This document shows, piece by piece, positions 35,947-37,426 of a stretch of 37,426 nt of DNA. Each line of letters starts with the position of its first letter. Position 1 is the stretch's first letter. The stretch is taken from positions 1 to 37,426 of the IMG/VR virus record IMGVR_UViG_3300033489_000031; one strand, written 5' to 3'. A model generated the notes under the pieces. It made no database searches, was not told where the DNA came from, and worked only from the letters and a program-made list of their open reading frames with translations. The position numbers and the translations under genes are program-made. The DNA comes from a virus. Its lineage: Duplodnaviria; Caudoviricetes.

Positions 35947-37304
35947 TAATTATAAGTACTATAGTTTCAATTGCTTCATTCACTGTTTCGTTAATTGTCT
36001 CGGCACAAGCCAGAAAACAACTTGAAAAAACAGGGATGAATGCTGTTGGAAGGATCGATGTTACTATGCAAAACGAGGGGGTTATTGTTCCTGTTTTGTA
36101 CGGCCGAATGGTTATTTGTGGTAATTTAATTTGGTATAATTCTAGACTCTTAAGCCCTTCTGAGTACGAAATAGCATTCTGGCAGGTATTTACAATGGGT
36201 GATATTTATCTTTCTGGTCTTACTATGTTTATCGATAGAGCCGTACCTGGTACACCAGTTTCATCGATACCAGGATTTTTTGGATTTAATGATGTTGGTC
36301 GAACGGCTCCAATAGATAATGGATTTACTGAAGTGCCTATGTCCAAAACCAGATTGCCAGGTATTTCTCATTGGTTTAGAGATTATATATCGCTGGGAGT
36401 TGGTATTGTGCGATTACCCACGTACTCAATTTGTGCATTGAGAGATTTAAACGTTGTACCATTGCCTTATACTAATGTTGGTAGTTTGAATACGGCAGAT
36501 GCAAGTTACGGCTCAAATCCTGCTGCTGTTATCTATGATTTATTGACAAATAAACAATACGGATTATCCAAAAATTTATCTTGTGTCAATATGGCAAATT
36601 TTACAGAAGCGTCAGATTATTTTTATATTAATCATTATGGGATAAATTTTATACTAGTTAGTTCCGAAAATGCTAGTTCAATTATCAAACGTATACAGGA
36701 TACCGTTGGTTGTTTTCTTGCAAAGGATGACAATGACAAATATTGTATTAGAATAGTGCGTGAAAATGATTTGCCAGTATGCACAATCAATATCGATAAT
36801 GAAAAAATAAATTTTTCTTTGTCAAGAAAAAGCTGGTTGGAAACTACAAATTCACTCGTTTTGAATTATACAGAACATTATCGTAGAACAACAGGAGGTA
36901 TTTGTCAGGCATATGGTCAAAATACAACTAAATCAATTGGTATAAAAGACAACGACAATATTAATATAACAGGAGAGGAGAGAAAAAAAGAAATCGATTT
37001 GACCATGTTTGTCTCGGTTGATAACGATATAAATCACATTTTAAAACGTGGTAGGGAGATTTTAAGACAAGAAAATTATCCATTTGCAAATGTACAATTA
37101 ACTGCTGATCTCAATTTTGCCTTTTTACGTTTATCTGATGTTGTAACATTATATAGTTCAGTGTACAATTTAAATCGAAATTTCAGGATTATTAGTATTG
37201 AAGCGGGAAAAATTGATACGAATCAAATAACATACAATTTAATTGAGATGGACAATACAATCAATTATCCAACGTTTGAGTACGGGGTCACTGTTTCTTC
37301 ATAA
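35925..37304 (+). CDS. Tail tip/central fibre protein (gpJ / GTA megatron-like), short form
   Basis: VPVLYG....GNLIW; NPAAVIYDLLT...YGL; stop codon lies inside right inverted repeat. Confidence 0.85.
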   Translation: MSTATAIIIISTIVSIASFTVSLIVSAQARKQLEKTGMNAVGRIDVTMQNEGVIVPVLYGRMVICGNLIWYNSRLLSPSEYEIAFWQVFTMGDIYLSGLTMFIDRAVPGTPVSSIPGFFGFNDVGRTAPIDNGFTEVPMSKTRLPGISHWFRDYISLGVGIVRLPTYSICALRDLNVVPLPYTNVGSLNTADASYGSNPAAVIYDLLTNKQYGLSKNLSCVNMANFTEASDYFYINHYGINFILVSSENASSIIKRIQDTVGCFLAKDDNDKYCIRIVRENDLPVCTINIDNEKINFSLSRKSWLETTNSLVLNYTEHYRRTTGGICQAYGQNTTKSIGIKDNDNINITGEERKKEIDLTMFVSVDNDINHILKRGREILRQENYPFANVQLTADLNFAFLRLSDVVTLYSSVYNLNRNFRIISIEAGKIDTNQITYNLIEMDNTINYPTFEYGVTVSS

Positions 37305-37426
37305 TAATCCCACCTTGCCCCGTTTCCGTTCGCCTAAAACGAATCTAAACATATGTTTCTACCCTACCATAAAATTTAAAAACGCCTGAAAAATGCCTGA
37401 AACTGGAAATGGTATATATCGTTTAT
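37300..37426. repeat. Right copy of 127-bp terminal inverted repeat
   Basis: Exact reverse complement of 1-127. Confidence 0.97.

Noticed and set aside
35925-37304. gpJ truncated by the terminal repeat
   Set aside because: It ends in tandem TAA TAA with a GVTVSS tail resembling the capsid GGVSS, which suggests a natural end; not fully excluded.
6970-37304. Gene transfer agent
   Set aside because: GTA-like tip and spike genes are present, but so are a phage early region with an anti-CRISPR and a long tape measure, and there are no host flanking genes.

Overview
This is an AT-rich, tailed (siphovirus-like) phage contig. All credible genes lie on the + strand, and the ends are exact 127-bp inverted repeats. 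From left to right: (1) 0.2-6.8 kb is an early/anti-defence region of small ORFs driven by repeated near-consensus sigma70 promoter cassettes. It contains a recurring hairpin motif and an AcrIII-1 (DUF1874) cA4 ring-nuclease homologue. (2) terS (interrupted at an A9 tract) and terL. (3) A putative head-spike module (DUF2341/LamG lectin, RcGTA Rcc01079-like spike base, CE4 deacetylase) sits between terL and portal. (4) HK97-type portal(+gpF), protease and major capsid. (5) A ~9.1-kb translationally coupled block of about nine glycosyltransferases and two SAM methyltransferases is wedged between the capsid and head-tail adaptor genes. (6) Neck, tail tube, -1 frameshifted chaperone, tape measure and a GTA/lambda-like tail tip. 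The leading hypothesis is a phage-encoded virion-glycosylation system. Two glycosyltransferases share an N-terminal motif that may dock on the capsid, and five structural proteins end in Ser (candidate acceptors). No replication, integrase, repressor or endolysin gene is recognisable, so the genome may be incomplete. All family calls come from motif recognition by eye; no database search was run.
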